Shown: positions 38,873-50,031, numbered from the stretch's first letter. The stretch: DNA of 64,000 nt from an uncultured delta proteobacterium (GCA_963803975.1 CAWDOY010000016.1:53399-117398); one strand, 5' to 3'. The notes: generated by a model not told the origin, from the letters alone. Program-made: numbers and translations.

Positions 38873-39850
38873 TTAAACCTGCACGCTCATCTTTTTTATG
38901 ATCTGTTTACCGATAATATTTATGACCAGGGTGACCATGAAAAGCAACAGCCCGATCTCGACTAAAGAAGATAAGTATAGAGTGCTCGTTGCCTCGGTAA
39001 ATTCATTGGCAATAACGCTTGCCATGGTATTGGCCGGCGCAAAGATGCTGCCGGGGGATGAAATTTGAGTTGCCGATGACCATGGTAACCGCCATGGTCT
39101 CGCCGATTGCCCTGCCCAGGGCGAGGATGTTACCGGCGGTTATTCCTGAAACCACGTAGGGGAGAATAACTCTGCGTATGACCTCAAACCGCGTGGCACC
39201 AAGCGAATAGGCTGCTTCCTTAAGCTCGGTGGGAACAAGCCGTATCACCTCTCTGCCCAGCGATGCGGAATAGGGGATAATCATGATGGCGAGGATGAGG
39301 GACGACGTCAACATACCAACCCCATAGGGTGTAACGCCAAGCTTTATTTCAATATACCGTACTATAGGCACCATGATGAAGAGCCCCCAGAACCCGTAAA
39401 TGACCGACGGTATCCCTGCCAGCAGCTCGACCGCGCTGCGCAGCATTGAGGAAAGAAAGTCCTCCGCAGCATATTCCCCCAGATAGATAGAGAGTGACAG
39501 GGAAAAGGGCAGGGATATTAGCCAGGGCCATGAAAGAAGTAATAAGCGGTTCCGACCAGGAACGGCAACGCGCCGAACTCTTCGGTCACGGGGTTCCATG
39601 TTTTCGATAATAAAAATTTTAAGCCGAATGCTTTAATAGCGGGGAACGATTCTATGACAAGCGTAAGCAAAATGCCGGCGAGGAGCAGGACCATGCATAG
39701 TGCTGAACCATAGAGTATTGCGCGGAAAATAGATTCAGGCGTGTTAAACGGATCAAACTGCCACTGTTTCGTTTTTTCCTTGTGTTTTGCAGCATCGAGA
39801 AAATCAGCCACTGATATTGCCCCTGTATTGCTTTCAGTCTCCATGCACAC
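38873..39850 (-). CDS. pstC: Phosphate ABC transporter permease PstC, two frameshifts
   Basis: WNP..EEFGALPFLVGT, ELLAGIPSVIYG, GRAIGETMAV in separate frames. Confidence 0.9.
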
Positions 39851-39865
39851 CTTCTTCTATACCAT

Positions 39866-39904
39866 AAAAAAGCAGGGAGGGTAGAAACACTATCTACCCT
39901 CCCT
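39866..39904 (-). terminator. Hairpin between pstS and pstC
   Basis: AGGGAGGGTAGA / TCTACCCTCCCT stem + U-tract on the minus strand. Confidence 0.7.
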
Positions 39905-39916
39905 CTTCGATTACCG

Positions 39917-40973
39917 TTACTGTTTCAGCAGGGGCGCACCATTGTAAACAACCGATCGTAAAATCTTTTCCCCCTTGGTTATCGCGCTATTCGGGATAGG
40001 GGCGTACTTCATCGGTTCAGCAATCTGCTGTCCTTCATGGAGCATCCACCACAACAGCTTTACCAGTTCTTCCGCCCGTTCTTTGCTTCGATCAGAAGAA
40101 TAATTCTGCTCTTTATAGAGTATCAGCCAGGTAAAGCCGCTTATGGGATAGCCGTCTGCCGCATCGGTATCAGTGAGCGAAACCCGGGTATCATCCGGCA
40201 TATCAATATTGGCGGCGGCGCTGGTCGACTTGATGTTCGGCTCAATGAAATTTCCCGCCTTATTCTTAATGATGCCCGCCGGCATATTGTTCTGCATGGT
40301 ATAGATTAATTCCACGTAGCCGATCGCACCGGGAGTCTGATTGATGAGGCCGGCCACGCCGGGATTGCCTTTTGCGCCGAGCCCTACTGGCCAGTTGAGG
40401 GATTTATCAGTGCCCACTTTAAATGCCCAGTCCTTGCTCACCTTGCTCAGGTAGTCGCTGAAGATGAACGTGGTGCCGCTGCCGTCTGAGCGGTGCACAA
40501 CGACGATACTCATGCCGGGAAGCTTGACCGTCAGGGTTTATTGCCGCAATCCGGGGATCATCCCAGCGGGTAATTTTCCCGAGAAAAATATCCGCTATCA
40601 CGTCCGGGGTGAATCGTAACTGCGGCTTTTCCGGCAGATTATAGGTAACCACCACAGCGCCGAGGCAGGTCGGGATATGCAGGATAGGGACTTCGGCCTT
40701 TTTCATTTCCCGTTCATTCAAGAAGGCATCGGTGCCGCCAAAATCAACGGTCTTGCTGATAAGCTGCTGGATCCCGCCGCCGGAGCCAATGGCCTGGTAG
40801 TTTATTTTTACTTTATGTGCCTGGTAATAGGTATCAAACATCTTTGAATACAGCGGATAGGGAAACGTTGCTCCCGCTCCCAGCAGCTCCTTGGACTCTG
40901 CGCGGACAGGGCAGGGGGAATAGACCAGCATCATCAGCAGTGCTAACACTGCGCAGCATAATAGTTTTTTCAT
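39917..40973 (-). CDS. pstS: Phosphate-binding protein PstS, frameshift at about 40529
   Basis: GAGATFPYP, GSGGGI, HRSDGSGTT, GAIGYVE, YPISGFTW. Confidence 0.94.
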
Positions 40974-41010
40974 TTCGTGTCTCCTTTGTCTGTTGGTTGA
41001 CATTCGCTCT

Positions 41011-42274
41011 TTAAAACTTGAAGTTTAAATCTGTCTGCAGCAGGTGTTCCGGACGCGCCGGGCCGTGGATCTGCTCTGAGTAGAAATAGTTGAGCGTAAA
41101 GTTCACATTCTTTTTCAGGCCGTAAACAAAGCTCCCGTGCGGTCCCCTGGCGTCGGTTGCGCCCTCATAAAAGTCAGAATCAGGCAGAATATCAAGCACT
41201 GAGTCGCGCTCCAGGCGGCGGTAGTCAACGCTGAACTGCCACTGTTTGGGGTCCTTTACCTTTTCATCCCCGAAGTTAAACCCCACCAGAAATGCCTGGT
41301 TGTTATCTGACGGGTCAGGGTTGTTCACATACTCGCCGAACAGGCTTGCGTAACGCACCAGACCGAATGGCTCCTTGAAGCCCAGCTGGAATGTTGATGT
41401 AAAGGCGTCAAAATCATATTTGTACACGTCTTTCCCGGTCGTTTTGTTTTTCACCCGGGTATTTGATCCTGAAGAATATTTCAGCTCGGCACCCTCTACA
41501 TTATCAATTCCGTAATAGCCGAAAGCCCATTTCAGGCTGGTCCCGTAGTTGATTTTCCAGTCAAATCCCGGCTGAATAATCCACATGAACGGGTCTGAGG
41601 TATCCTGGGCATTTTCCTCAAGCACCATCACCCCGACGTTTGTGAACAGACCGAAATTCCTGTTCAAATTATAGGTAAATTCTCCGGCGCCGCCTTCAGG
41701 CGTGATGTCGGAATCCCAGATCAGCTGCGACACGGTGAACAGCGGATTGCGGAACTTGCCGCCGATCAGCTTGATCCCGATATCCTTATTATTAAAGCAC
41801 CGTTTGGGCGTATATTCAATATTGGCATAGTCAACATTGATGTCCTTCTTTTCATTGCTGCCGCCGAAAGTCTGGTTGGTTGACCGGGGGTCACCGGTGC
41901 CGGTGGCCAGGCCGAACATGAATTTCAGGTCATCAGCCACCTGGGTTTCTATGCCGAGCCGGACCCTGAAGCGTCCCCGGTGACGCTCATCCTGCTCGTC
42001 CCGGTCGGTCCACTGGTAGCGCAGGCGGAAGTCGCCCGTCAATTTTGTCTTCTGCACCCACTCGGGCAAAACCGGCGAAAACTTGCCTTCCTTGGTCTGC
42101 TTGGTAACTTCTTCCTTGGTCTCGCGCAGTATTTTATCTCCTTCAGCCGGCGACAGTATTCCCTTTTCAACCAGCTTTTCCACGAGAACATCAACCTCAC
42201 CCGCGCGCGCCGCGGCTGCTGTGCCGAGCACCAGCGCTGTAACTATGTATAAAATGATTAGATATTTTTTTCAT
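41011..42274 (-). CDS. Putative porin (likely phosphate uptake); A7 run frameshifts the signal peptide
   Basis: LVEKGIL N-terminus, GDFRLRY, C-terminal FKF; directly upstream of pstS. Confidence 0.8.
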
Positions 42275-42345
42275 ATCACAATACTCCTTGTTTAAGGGTT
42301 TCGCATACAGAGAACTACGAGCAGCCTCCTTGGATTCATTATTGT

Positions 42346-42879
42346 TTAGGCAGGTTTAGGCGGTGTATATTTTGTCAGCTCTACCAGCATGGTGAATGGC
42401 GCAGGGAATACAAAATCACCCGGATTCTCTACCCCCGTCACCAGCACCCCTACCGTGACAAACCCAAAGCTTGAGTTGATATCAACTTTCCGCACAATCT
42501 TCAGCGGCGAGGCTTTGCTGTCAACGATTGCCTTAGGGGCCTGCGGGGTTGTGGTATTAAGCGCATAGGAGGCGCCGATCATCAGAAAGTCCAATTTAAA
42601 CAGAAAATCAGAGGATTTTGCAGTTGGCGTAAGGGTCAGGGTGAGAGTCCCAGCAGGTGCTTCCTCTCCTGTACCCAGTGCAATAATCGTGAACAGATAC
42701 AGAGGACCAAATTTCTGCGCATCAAAAATGTCGCCCACAAAGAACGGAAACTGTTCAGAATACCCGGGCGTGGCAAAGACTAACTCCTGGGCCTGGGCTG
42801 CAGATGGTGCAGTCATGGACGCCGATAGCGTGATAAGGACTGCCAGCGTTAACCAGATAATGTTTTTTCTGTGTTTCAT
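42346..42879 (-). CDS. Hypothetical secreted protein heading the porin-pst operon
   Basis: Signal peptide ending AQA, SD AGGAGG. Confidence 0.7.
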   Translation of the reverse strand: MKHRKNIIWLTLAVLITLSASMTAPSAAQAQELVFATPGYSEQFPFFVGDIFDAQKFGPLYLFTIIALGTGEEAPAGTLTLTLTPTAKSSDFLFKLDFLMIGASYALNTTTPQAPKAIVDSKASPLKIVRKVDINSSFGFVTVGVLVTGVENPGDFVFPAPFTMLVELTKYTPPKPA

Positions 42880-43096
42880 ACTATCATTCCTCCTAATATG
42901 ATGAATTTAAAATAGGTCTGATGATAAAAAGTACTCTTTAAAAGAATCGTTAAGCTGGCTGTGCACGAGGTTGGATTGTTTTCATGTCATTTCTTTCCCT
43001 CCTTTTTAGTTGAAGTGTTGTATTGTTTATACGGTTCAACTACTTACCTGCTACTGATGTAGCGCCTGCATATTGTTAGATTGAATATTTCAGGTG

Positions 43097-43135
43097 CATT
43101 AAGAAGGTATAAAGATTGTGTTAATATTGTGTTAA
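43097..43135 (-). promoter_or_regulatory. Putative Pho box upstream of the porin-pst operon
   Basis: TTAACA-5-TTAACA-5-TTTATA-5-TTAATG, 11-bp period. Confidence 0.75.
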
Positions 43136-43250
43136 TTCTGCTTGTCCATATTGCTGCCAATGCAAACGCATAATTAATTGGTGAACTGGGGCGTTGGCTG
43201 CTGGCTATCTGGCAGGCAACAATCAGGGGCGATCCCCCATTTTTAACAGC

Positions 43251-44333
43251 CTATGCATTCATAAAAACTTCTGCGGGGTAGTAAGCTGTGCGCTTCCCGG
43301 TGCTGAACAGCACCGGCCTGTTGTGCCTGGGGTTGCTGTTTTTTTGCAGATTAAGTTTAAATTCTGAACCGTAAAGACCAAAAACATCCGCGTAATTAAA
43401 CGCCGTGCAGGGCATAAGTGCCAGCGTCTGAACCGGACGATTGCCTTGGAAAGCCTCCCGTATCATGGTGGATGATGCTGCAAACGGCATACCGGGAATG
43501 AACGCTGCCGGGATGTCGGTTTCAACGGTGCAGTCACGGGCTCCCCGTTCAATAAAAATTGCTGAAATGCTGTGCAGGGAGGGGTTAAAATAATATGTTT
43601 CATCGGCAATCTTTTCTTCCAGTTTCTGCAGGGTATCAGCTTCCCCGGTTCTGGGATTAAGGCGATGGTAGTGATCAGCGCCAACAATATAGAAGAGATC
43701 AATGCTCTGGTCCGGGTTTAACGAAGCTATTTTAAACAGGTTCATTTCTCCGTCACAGTCATTCTCCAGGGCAATGGATGAATAGCTGAAAAATGGTGCA
43801 AAAATTTTTATTACTTCCTCCCCTATGAGGTGACGTATCTCCGCAGGGGCCAGCGCTGGCTTGCGGGGATCGCTGCCGGAAATGACATAGATAATGTTAT
43901 CCAGCCTGAAGCGCACCAGGGCGGACAAACCGCTAAGCAGATGTGCCCAGTGGAATGGATTGGCGGCAACAGGGTAGATTCCCACGCGCAGCGTTCTGCT
44001 TACCAGCGGTTTTACAGGATCGTGAGGAGCAGTGCGTATTGCAGCATGAGGGTCAAGTATCTTTCTGTTCAACAGATATTCCGCCTGGTCCAGCAGTTGC
44101 GCGAGGCTGGACAGAATTTCAGTAAACGGGTAACTGGTGAGCGGCAGGTTGAGCATCTGCGACATATCCAGCAACTCCTGATACGCTCTTGTTCTGACTG
44201 CCTCTACTGCAGGATTGCCGCAGCTTCCTGCCTCCGTGTCTATTGCCGGACTGACGGATTGCATAGTAATCTCCTTGGTGTGATTTTTAAATTTCCATGC
44301 AGCGCCCGATCTCTCAAGAGATGAGCGCTGCAT
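43251..44333 (-). CDS. Divergent NadD-like nucleotidyltransferase with N-terminal extension
   Basis: GIYPVAANPFHWAHL, YIVGAD, SSTMIR. Confidence 0.72.
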   Translation of the reverse strand: MQRSSLERSGAAWKFKNHTKEITMQSVSPAIDTEAGSCGNPAVEAVRTRAYQELLDMSQMLNLPLTSYPFTEILSSLAQLLDQAEYLLNRKILDPHAAIRTAPHDPVKPLVSRTLRVGIYPVAANPFHWAHLLSGLSALVRFRLDNIIYVISGSDPRKPALAPAEIRHLIGEEVIKIFAPFFSYSSIALENDCDGEMNLFKIASLNPDQSIDLFYIVGADHYHRLNPRTGEADTLQKLEEKIADETYYFNPSLHSISAIFIERGARDCTVETDIPAAFIPGMPFAASSTMIREAFQGNRPVQTLALMPCTAFNYADVFGLYGSEFKLNLQKNSNPRHNRPVLFSTGKRTAYYPAEVFMNA

Positions 44334-44408
44334 GGAAAACCTCTTATCAGGGGGTGCGCTGACAGAGGCGGGAGGGGTCCCTATGTGAGGTTATTATTAA
44401 TGGAAGCG

Positions 44409-44436
44409 TGTTAAGGGAGAATGAAGGTGGTATGAA
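44409..44436 (-). promoter_or_regulatory. Putative Pho box upstream of the NadD-like gene
   Basis: TTCATA-5-TTCATT-5-TTAACA. Confidence 0.6.
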
Positions 44437-44554
44437 TTTTCAGAGAAAAATGGTTATGCGGAAGTTTTAATCGAAAGGGTTAAGATGAATTTCAGGATTT
44501 GTCCCGGAGGGCTCAGCACTTCTGTGATACCGCTGCGCAGAGGTACGATGTGTT

Positions 44555-45535
44555 TCAACTGGTAATGAGATATGCTGCAGCCGCAATCCCGGCAGAACAG
44601 GGAATAGTGAATAACCATGCCCAGACAATCTGCCCTGCAACACCCCACCGCACTGCAGTCATACGTCTCAGCGACCCCACACCGGTGATGGCACCGGTAA
44701 TGGTATGCGTGGTGCTCACCGGGATGCCGAGAAAGGTGGATAGAAATAACGTAATAGCCGCCCCGGTTTCTGCGCAAAACCCGTCAACCGGGCGGAGTTT
44801 GGTTATTTTTTGTCCCATCGTCTTTACTATCCTCCATCCGCCGAAAAGCGTCCCCGCTGCAATTGCGGCATGGCAGGATAAAACCACCCACAGGGGGATG
44901 TAAAATTTATCGCCGATCATTCCGGCAGTGAAAATAAGGCTGGCAATTATTCCCATGGTTTTTTGCGCATCATTTCCGCCATGCCCCAGGCTGTAACAGG
45001 CAGCTGAAATGAACTGGCCTTTCCTGAAAAGATGGTCCACTTTATAGGGCGATTGATTTCTGCAGCTCCAATATACTATTAAGCCAAGACCGATGCCTAA
45101 CAACAAACCAAGAACAGGAGACACAAACATAAACACCACTGTTTTAAAAATACCGCTGTAAATCAGTGCCGGCAATCCTGCCTTAACCAGGGCAGATCCA
45201 ACGAGCCCTCCCATGAGTGCATGTGATGAGCTGGTTGGAAGGCCCCAGTACCAGGTAAGAAGGTTCCAGATGCAGGCTCCGGTCAGGGTTGCGAATATAA
45301 TGTGGTTATCAACAATAGAAATATCAATAATCCCTTTGCCGATGGTGTTGGCTACATGCAGGCCAAAAAACAGAAATGCTACAAAATTGAAAAAAGCAGC
45401 CCAGATAACAGCCCAGCGGGGAGTAAGAACGCGGGTTGAAACAATGGTGGCGATGGAATTAGCTGCGTCGTGGAAGCCGTTGAGAAAATCAAATGTTAGG
45501 GCCAGCAAAATTAAAAAGATGACGGTAATGTCCAT
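44555..45535 (-). CDS. pit: PiT family inorganic phosphate transporter
   Basis: NGFHDAANSIAT, GLPTSSSHA, HGGNDAQK, PVSTTH. Confidence 0.95.
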   Translation of the reverse strand: MDITVIFLILLALTFDFLNGFHDAANSIATIVSTRVLTPRWAVIWAAFFNFVAFLFFGLHVANTIGKGIIDISIVDNHIIFATLTGACIWNLLTWYWGLPTSSSHALMGGLVGSALVKAGLPALIYSGIFKTVVFMFVSPVLGLLLGIGLGLIVYWSCRNQSPYKVDHLFRKGQFISAACYSLGHGGNDAQKTMGIIASLIFTAGMIGDKFYIPLWVVLSCHAAIAAGTLFGGWRIVKTMGQKITKLRPVDGFCAETGAAITLFLSTFLGIPVSTTHTITGAITGVGSLRRMTAVRWGVAGQIVWAWLFTIPCSAGIAAAAYLITS

Positions 45536-45696
45536 AACTGATTGAGACTGGTTTATTTTGTTTGTACTATAAAAAATTCAGAATAGTGCATAAGGGTTAC
45601 ATGACAGCATTGATTTTAATACGGGCTATTTGAATCTGTTTTTTTATAACACAACAGTATCTTATGACAAAATGATTAATTCTCAGGGGACACTGT

Positions 45697-47433
45697 TTAT
45701 TGGGAAAGATTGACGGGCAAGGTTATGATAATTTTAGTACCCTGGCCCGGTGTGCTTGTCACTTCTATGGCGCCGCTGTGCAGGAGAACGATATGTTTGA
45801 CAATCGAGAGGCCCAGGCCGGTGCCGCCGAGCTGCTTTGAGCGGGAGGCATCTACAACATAAAACCGCTCAAAAATGCGTGGCAGGTGCTCCCGGGGAAT
45901 ACCGATGCCGGTGTCCTGAATTTCTATCAGGACATGCCCGTTGCGCTGCAGCAGGCTTACGGTTATGCCGCCTTTTTCAGTGTACTTAATGGCATTATCA
46001 AGCAGGTTGACAAAGACCTGCTCCAGCTTAAAAGCATCTGCCATTATATCCGGCAGGGCCTGGTCGGCACTAATGGTTAACGAGAGGCCCTTCTCCCTGA
46101 GCCGGGGCTCAAATATTCTCTGCATCTGCTCGAGCATGATTTTCAGATCACAGGCTTCCAGGCTCAGGGCAGCGCCTTTTTCCTCAAGCTCGGAGAGCAG
46201 CAGCAGATCTTCCACGATATTAATCAGCCGGTCAGTATTCCTTCTGATGATGTTCAGGTAGCCGCGGTTTTTATCATCTATGTCATCTTCGATTGTTTCC
46301 ACAAAACCTTTGATGGCGGTGAGCGGGGTGCGCAGCTCATGGGATACATTCACCACAAAATCCTTTTTTATTTTTTCCACCCGCTTAAGCTCGGTTACAT
46401 CATGGCACATGACTACTGTTTTATCCTGGGAGGCAAGGGGGGTGGCGCTGCACAGGAAAGCGCTGTCCTGAATGGTGATTTGATCCTCACAACGGGTTTT
46501 TTCCCGTGCGACCCGGTCAATGAGGGCGCTGAATTGCGGCTCTCGGATAACTTCCCAGTACAGCTTGCCTTCGACTGCAGATGCCTGCAGCGCTTTTCTG
46601 ATGCTCTCATTGCTCAGTACAATGGTTCCCTTCCGGTCAAGCACCAGCAACCCTTCCTGAATAGAAAAAATGATGTTGTTCAGCTCTTCCTTCTGGGAGG
46701 TTATCTCGGCAAAGAAGCTGCTTAGGGTGTCGCTCATTGCGTTGAAGCTGTCCCCAAGCTCTTTTAATTCATCAGCTCTTTTCAGGAATACATGGGCAGA
46801 GAAATCTCCTGCTGCCACCCGCCGCGAAGCGGCAATAAGCTCCCGGATCGGCCTGGTCAGGTTGTAAGAGTAGAACAGCGCAATGAGCAGGGACAGGATG
46901 CTGATGACCAGCACGCTGTAGAGAACGCTCAGCTGCAGCCTTTCCAGCAGGGTATTGATATCCTGCATGAACAGGCTGACACGAAGCACTCCGAGCGTTA
47001 CACCCTTTTGTTTTATGGGAAGAGCCACATAGAGCATTTCCTGCTGCACCGTGCTGCTGAAGCGCACTGCTTGTCCCACTTGTCCCTGCAAAGCCTGGAT
47101 TATCTCAGCCCTGAGATTATGCTTCTCCATGTCCCGCGGATTTTTTTCTGAATCCGCCACCACCACGCCGGACGGATCAATGACGGTAATCCTGGTCTTG
47201 ATATGTTTTCCCAGGTCCTTGACAAAGGCATCAATCTCCGGGAAGCGCTTTTCCGCGACCAGCGGGGTTATCTTTGTTTCCAGGGTAAAACAGAGGTGCG
47301 TGAGGTCACCGGTCAGCGACTCTATGTAGTATTCCCTGATGGTCCTGAAGGAAAAGAAGAGTATCAGGACCGAGAGCAGTATAATAATCAGCAGGTAGCC
47401 GCCCAATGATTTGGCAAACAGAGATTTTTTCAT
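45697..47433 (-). CDS. phoR: Sensor histidine kinase, PhoR-type (HAMP-PAS-HisKA-HATPase)
   Basis: FVVNVSHELRTPLT, NLLDNAIKYT, GGTGLGLSIVKH; phosphate gene context. Confidence 0.9.
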   Translation of the reverse strand: MKKSLFAKSLGGYLLIIILLSVLILFFSFRTIREYYIESLTGDLTHLCFTLETKITPLVAEKRFPEIDAFVKDLGKHIKTRITVIDPSGVVVADSEKNPRDMEKHNLRAEIIQALQGQVGQAVRFSSTVQQEMLYVALPIKQKGVTLGVLRVSLFMQDINTLLERLQLSVLYSVLVISILSLLIALFYSYNLTRPIRELIAASRRVAAGDFSAHVFLKRADELKELGDSFNAMSDTLSSFFAEITSQKEELNNIIFSIQEGLLVLDRKGTIVLSNESIRKALQASAVEGKLYWEVIREPQFSALIDRVAREKTRCEDQITIQDSAFLCSATPLASQDKTVVMCHDVTELKRVEKIKKDFVVNVSHELRTPLTAIKGFVETIEDDIDDKNRGYLNIIRRNTDRLINIVEDLLLLSELEEKGAALSLEACDLKIMLEQMQRIFEPRLREKGLSLTISADQALPDIMADAFKLEQVFVNLLDNAIKYTEKGGITVSLLQRNGHVLIEIQDTGIGIPREHLPRIFERFYVVDASRSKQLGGTGLGLSIVKHIVLLHSGAIEVTSTPGQGTKIIITLPVNLSQ

Positions 47434-48110
47434 GATTCTATTTTATAGCCTATGCCCCGCACATTTTTTATAAATTTACCGGCGGTGCGCAGCTTATCCC
47501 GCAGATTTTTTACGTGGACGTCCACGGTCCGGTCAAGCACTGCCTTTTCCCTGCCCCACAGATAATCAAGTATCTTGTCCCGGGAAAAGACCCACCCCGG
47601 CTTTGATGCGAGCACTTGTAAAATCTTAAACTCGGTTGAGGTGACTTCTATTTTTTCTCCCGCAACCTTCACTTCAAACTTTTCCGTATCAATCGTGAGG
47701 ATGCCGCCTATTTCAATTTTCTGCGTGACTTCTTTCTGTGTCAGACGCCGCAGGGCAACCTTCACCCGGGCCACCAGCTCTTTAGGGGAAAACGGCTTGG
47801 TCACATAGTCATCCGCCCCCAGCTCAAGGCCCAGAATTTTGTCTGTCTCTTCCGCTTTTGCCGTGAGCATGATGATGGGGATGGCTGCAAGCGCATCCTT
47901 TTTCTTCAGGTGCTTGCAGATTTCAAGCCCGTCAGCATCAGGGAGCATCAGATCAAGTATGACCAGGTCAGGGGTTTGTGCTTTGAGGAAGGCAAAAAAT
48001 TTTTCAGCAGTGGTAAACCCATGCGTGATAAAACCAGCTCTTTTGAGGTTGACGGTGACGAGCTCTACGATATCGGGCTCATCATCTACGATGGCGATAA
48101 CTTTACTCAT
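47430..48110 (-). CDS. phoB: OmpR family response regulator, PhoB/PhoP-type
   Basis: DLMLPD, GADDYVTKPFS, RTVDVHV..LR.KL; coupled to phoR. Confidence 0.9.
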   Translation of the reverse strand: MSKVIAIVDDEPDIVELVTVNLKRAGFITHGFTTAEKFFAFLKAQTPDLVILDLMLPDADGLEICKHLKKKDALAAIPIIMLTAKAEETDKILGLELGADDYVTKPFSPKELVARVKVALRRLTQKEVTQKIEIGGILTIDTEKFEVKVAGEKIEVTSTEFKILQVLASKPGWVFSRDKILDYLWGREKAVLDRTVDVHVKNLRDKLRTAGKFIKNVRGIGYKIES

Positions 48111-48210
48111 GGTCGGTATTCTCCGCGATTAATGCTTACAGTACATCAAGGTAAAAAAACTGATCCGCTGAGAGCACTATTTTTGCTCTATACCATTAAA
48201 ATCTTCTGTT

Positions 48211-49137
48211 TCAAACAAATAAGCGTTGCTGCCTGCGCTGGTCAAGCCGGGTTATGCCTGCAGCCTGCGCTGCGCGTACGGCATCCTGATATTCAGCCCC
48301 GGTTATGGCGCGTCCCAGTTCGGCAAACCGTGCAGCATCACCGCACGGCCGGTACTGGTCCATGATGTTGACATAGGTGTTTTTAGAAACCTCGTCAGCC
48401 AAAAACACCATGAGCTTGTTGGTGCCGGCTTTTCCTTCCGGCATGACCAGGTGCCGGACCAGCAGCCCGCGCACGGCCACTCCATCCTCATCTATCTCAA
48501 GGTCCCCGACCTGGCGATGCATCTCTTTTACCGCGGCCCGCGCTGTTTCCGGATAATCAGGGGCTCTGCAGTATCTGTCGGCAATATCCGCGTCCGCAAA
48601 CTTCAGGTCAGGCATGTAGATGTCAAAGATATCGTCCAGCAGGGCAAGCGTTGCAACACTGTCATAGCCGCTGGAATTATATATCAGGGGAACATGCAGT
48701 CCCGCATCAATTGCAAGGGGCAGGGCTTCCAGTATCTGCGGGATAACATGGGACGGGGTAACAAAGTTGATATTGTGTACTCCGCGCTCCTGAAGCCCTA
48801 CCATGATTGCGGCAAGGCCTGCCGGTTTAACCTCATAGCCCTCGCCCTGATGGCTGATATCATAATTCTGGCAGAAGACGCAGCGCAGGCTGCAGTGGGT
48901 AAAAAAGATCGTGCCGGAACCATTGCGGCCCACCAGCGGTTCTTCCTCACCAAAGTGAGGGCCATAGCTTGACACCGCGGCATAGCGGCCGGTGCGGCAA
49001 ACACCCAGCTCGTCTTTGAGACGGTTGACGTTACAGTTGCGCGGGCATAGAACACAGCTCGTTAAAATTGAAAGAGCTGCTTCAATCCGCTCCTGGAGGA
49101 TGTTCTCCCGGTACGCTTTCAGATAGGCAGGTTCCAT
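48211..49137 (-). CDS. Radical SAM protein (PflX-like)
   Basis: CVLCPRNC, GSGTIFF..CSLRCVFCQN, RHLVMP. Confidence 0.9.
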   Translation of the reverse strand: MEPAYLKAYRENILQERIEAALSILTSCVLCPRNCNVNRLKDELGVCRTGRYAAVSSYGPHFGEEEPLVGRNGSGTIFFTHCSLRCVFCQNYDISHQGEGYEVKPAGLAAIMVGLQERGVHNINFVTPSHVIPQILEALPLAIDAGLHVPLIYNSSGYDSVATLALLDDIFDIYMPDLKFADADIADRYCRAPDYPETARAAVKEMHRQVGDLEIDEDGVAVRGLLVRHLVMPEGKAGTNKLMVFLADEVSKNTYVNIMDQYRPCGDAARFAELGRAITGAEYQDAVRAAQAAGITRLDQRRQQRLFV

Positions 49138-49176
49138 GGTATACGAGCTGTCAGCTTTCAGCCATCAGCGGTCAGT

Positions 49177-49803
49177 TTATTCCTGCCGCAGAACGACAAC
49201 TTCAATTTTACCAGCCAGCTTTTCTTTAAACAGCGCCGCATCCTTTTCAGACCCGACTATGGCGTTAAAATGCATGGGGATGGCTATTGCCGGCTTGATG
49301 GCAAGCGCTGCCTGCACTGCTTCCTCAGCAGTCATCACGTAGGTGCCGGAGACCGGCAGGAGCGCGATATCGGTTTTAATGCTGTTCATTTCCGGGATGA
49401 AATCAGTGTCTCCCGCGTGATAGATGCGCACCCCTTCGATTGTCACAATAAAACCGAGCATGCCCGAGGCCTTCGGGTGGAAAGTTTTATTCGTATTGTA
49501 GGAGGGCACTACTTCGACTGCTATATTCCCGACAGTCAGCTTGTCCCCCGGTTTCACCACCCTGATGCTGCCTTTCAGCTTTTTGGCTGTTGCCGCGTCG
49601 GTCACAATCACCGTATCTTTTTTCTGGATTTTTTTAATGTCATCTTCCGAGCAGTGGTCAAAATGGTCATGGCTGATAAAGATGATATCAGCCGGCACTG
49701 CGGATTTTATCTGAAAGGGATCAAAGTAGATTACTTTCCCGCTGTCAATCCTGAAGCCGTCATGGCCCAGCCAGTGAATCTTCTTTATGACATCCTGTAT
49801 CAT
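49177..49803 (-). CDS. MBL-fold metallohydrolase
   Basis: ISHDHFDH, YHAGDT, IPMH. Confidence 0.92.
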   Translation of the reverse strand: MIQDVIKKIHWLGHDGFRIDSGKVIYFDPFQIKSAVPADIIFISHDHFDHCSEDDIKKIQKKDTVIVTDAATAKKLKGSIRVVKPGDKLTVGNIAVEVVPSYNTNKTFHPKASGMLGFIVTIEGVRIYHAGDTDFIPEMNSIKTDIALLPVSGTYVMTAEEAVQAALAIKPAIAIPMHFNAIVGSEKDAALFKEKLAGKIEVVVLRQE

Positions 49804-49914
49804 AGACTCCTCCCTGTGGCTCTGTTCTTAAAAAACTGAGAATGGAAAAATTATCAGACATCCTCATAGGGATGTCAACAGCTAATAACGACAAACAGGG
49901 TGTTTCAGCTTGTT

Positions 49915-49953
49915 TTCACGCATTTTTCATAAATTCTTAACATGCAGTTAACA
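49915..49953 (+). promoter_or_regulatory. Putative Pho box upstream of the MTase-PSD-GT operon
   Basis: TTCACG-5-TTCATA-5-TTAACA-5-TTAACA. Confidence 0.72.
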
Positions 49954-50031
49954 ATCCTTTTCTAAAATATACAACAAAGGAAATAAGGTGCGGGCGGTAT
50001 ATCTCATCGAACACAACAAAGAGGTTATAGA

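Noticed and set aside
37282..40973. Programmed frameshifting or phase variation in pst genes
   Set aside because: No slippery heptamers or long tracts; the same indel pattern affects unrelated genes
45541..45690. Pho box upstream of pit
   Set aside because: Only an isolated CTGTCAT-like half site, no convincing 11-bp array
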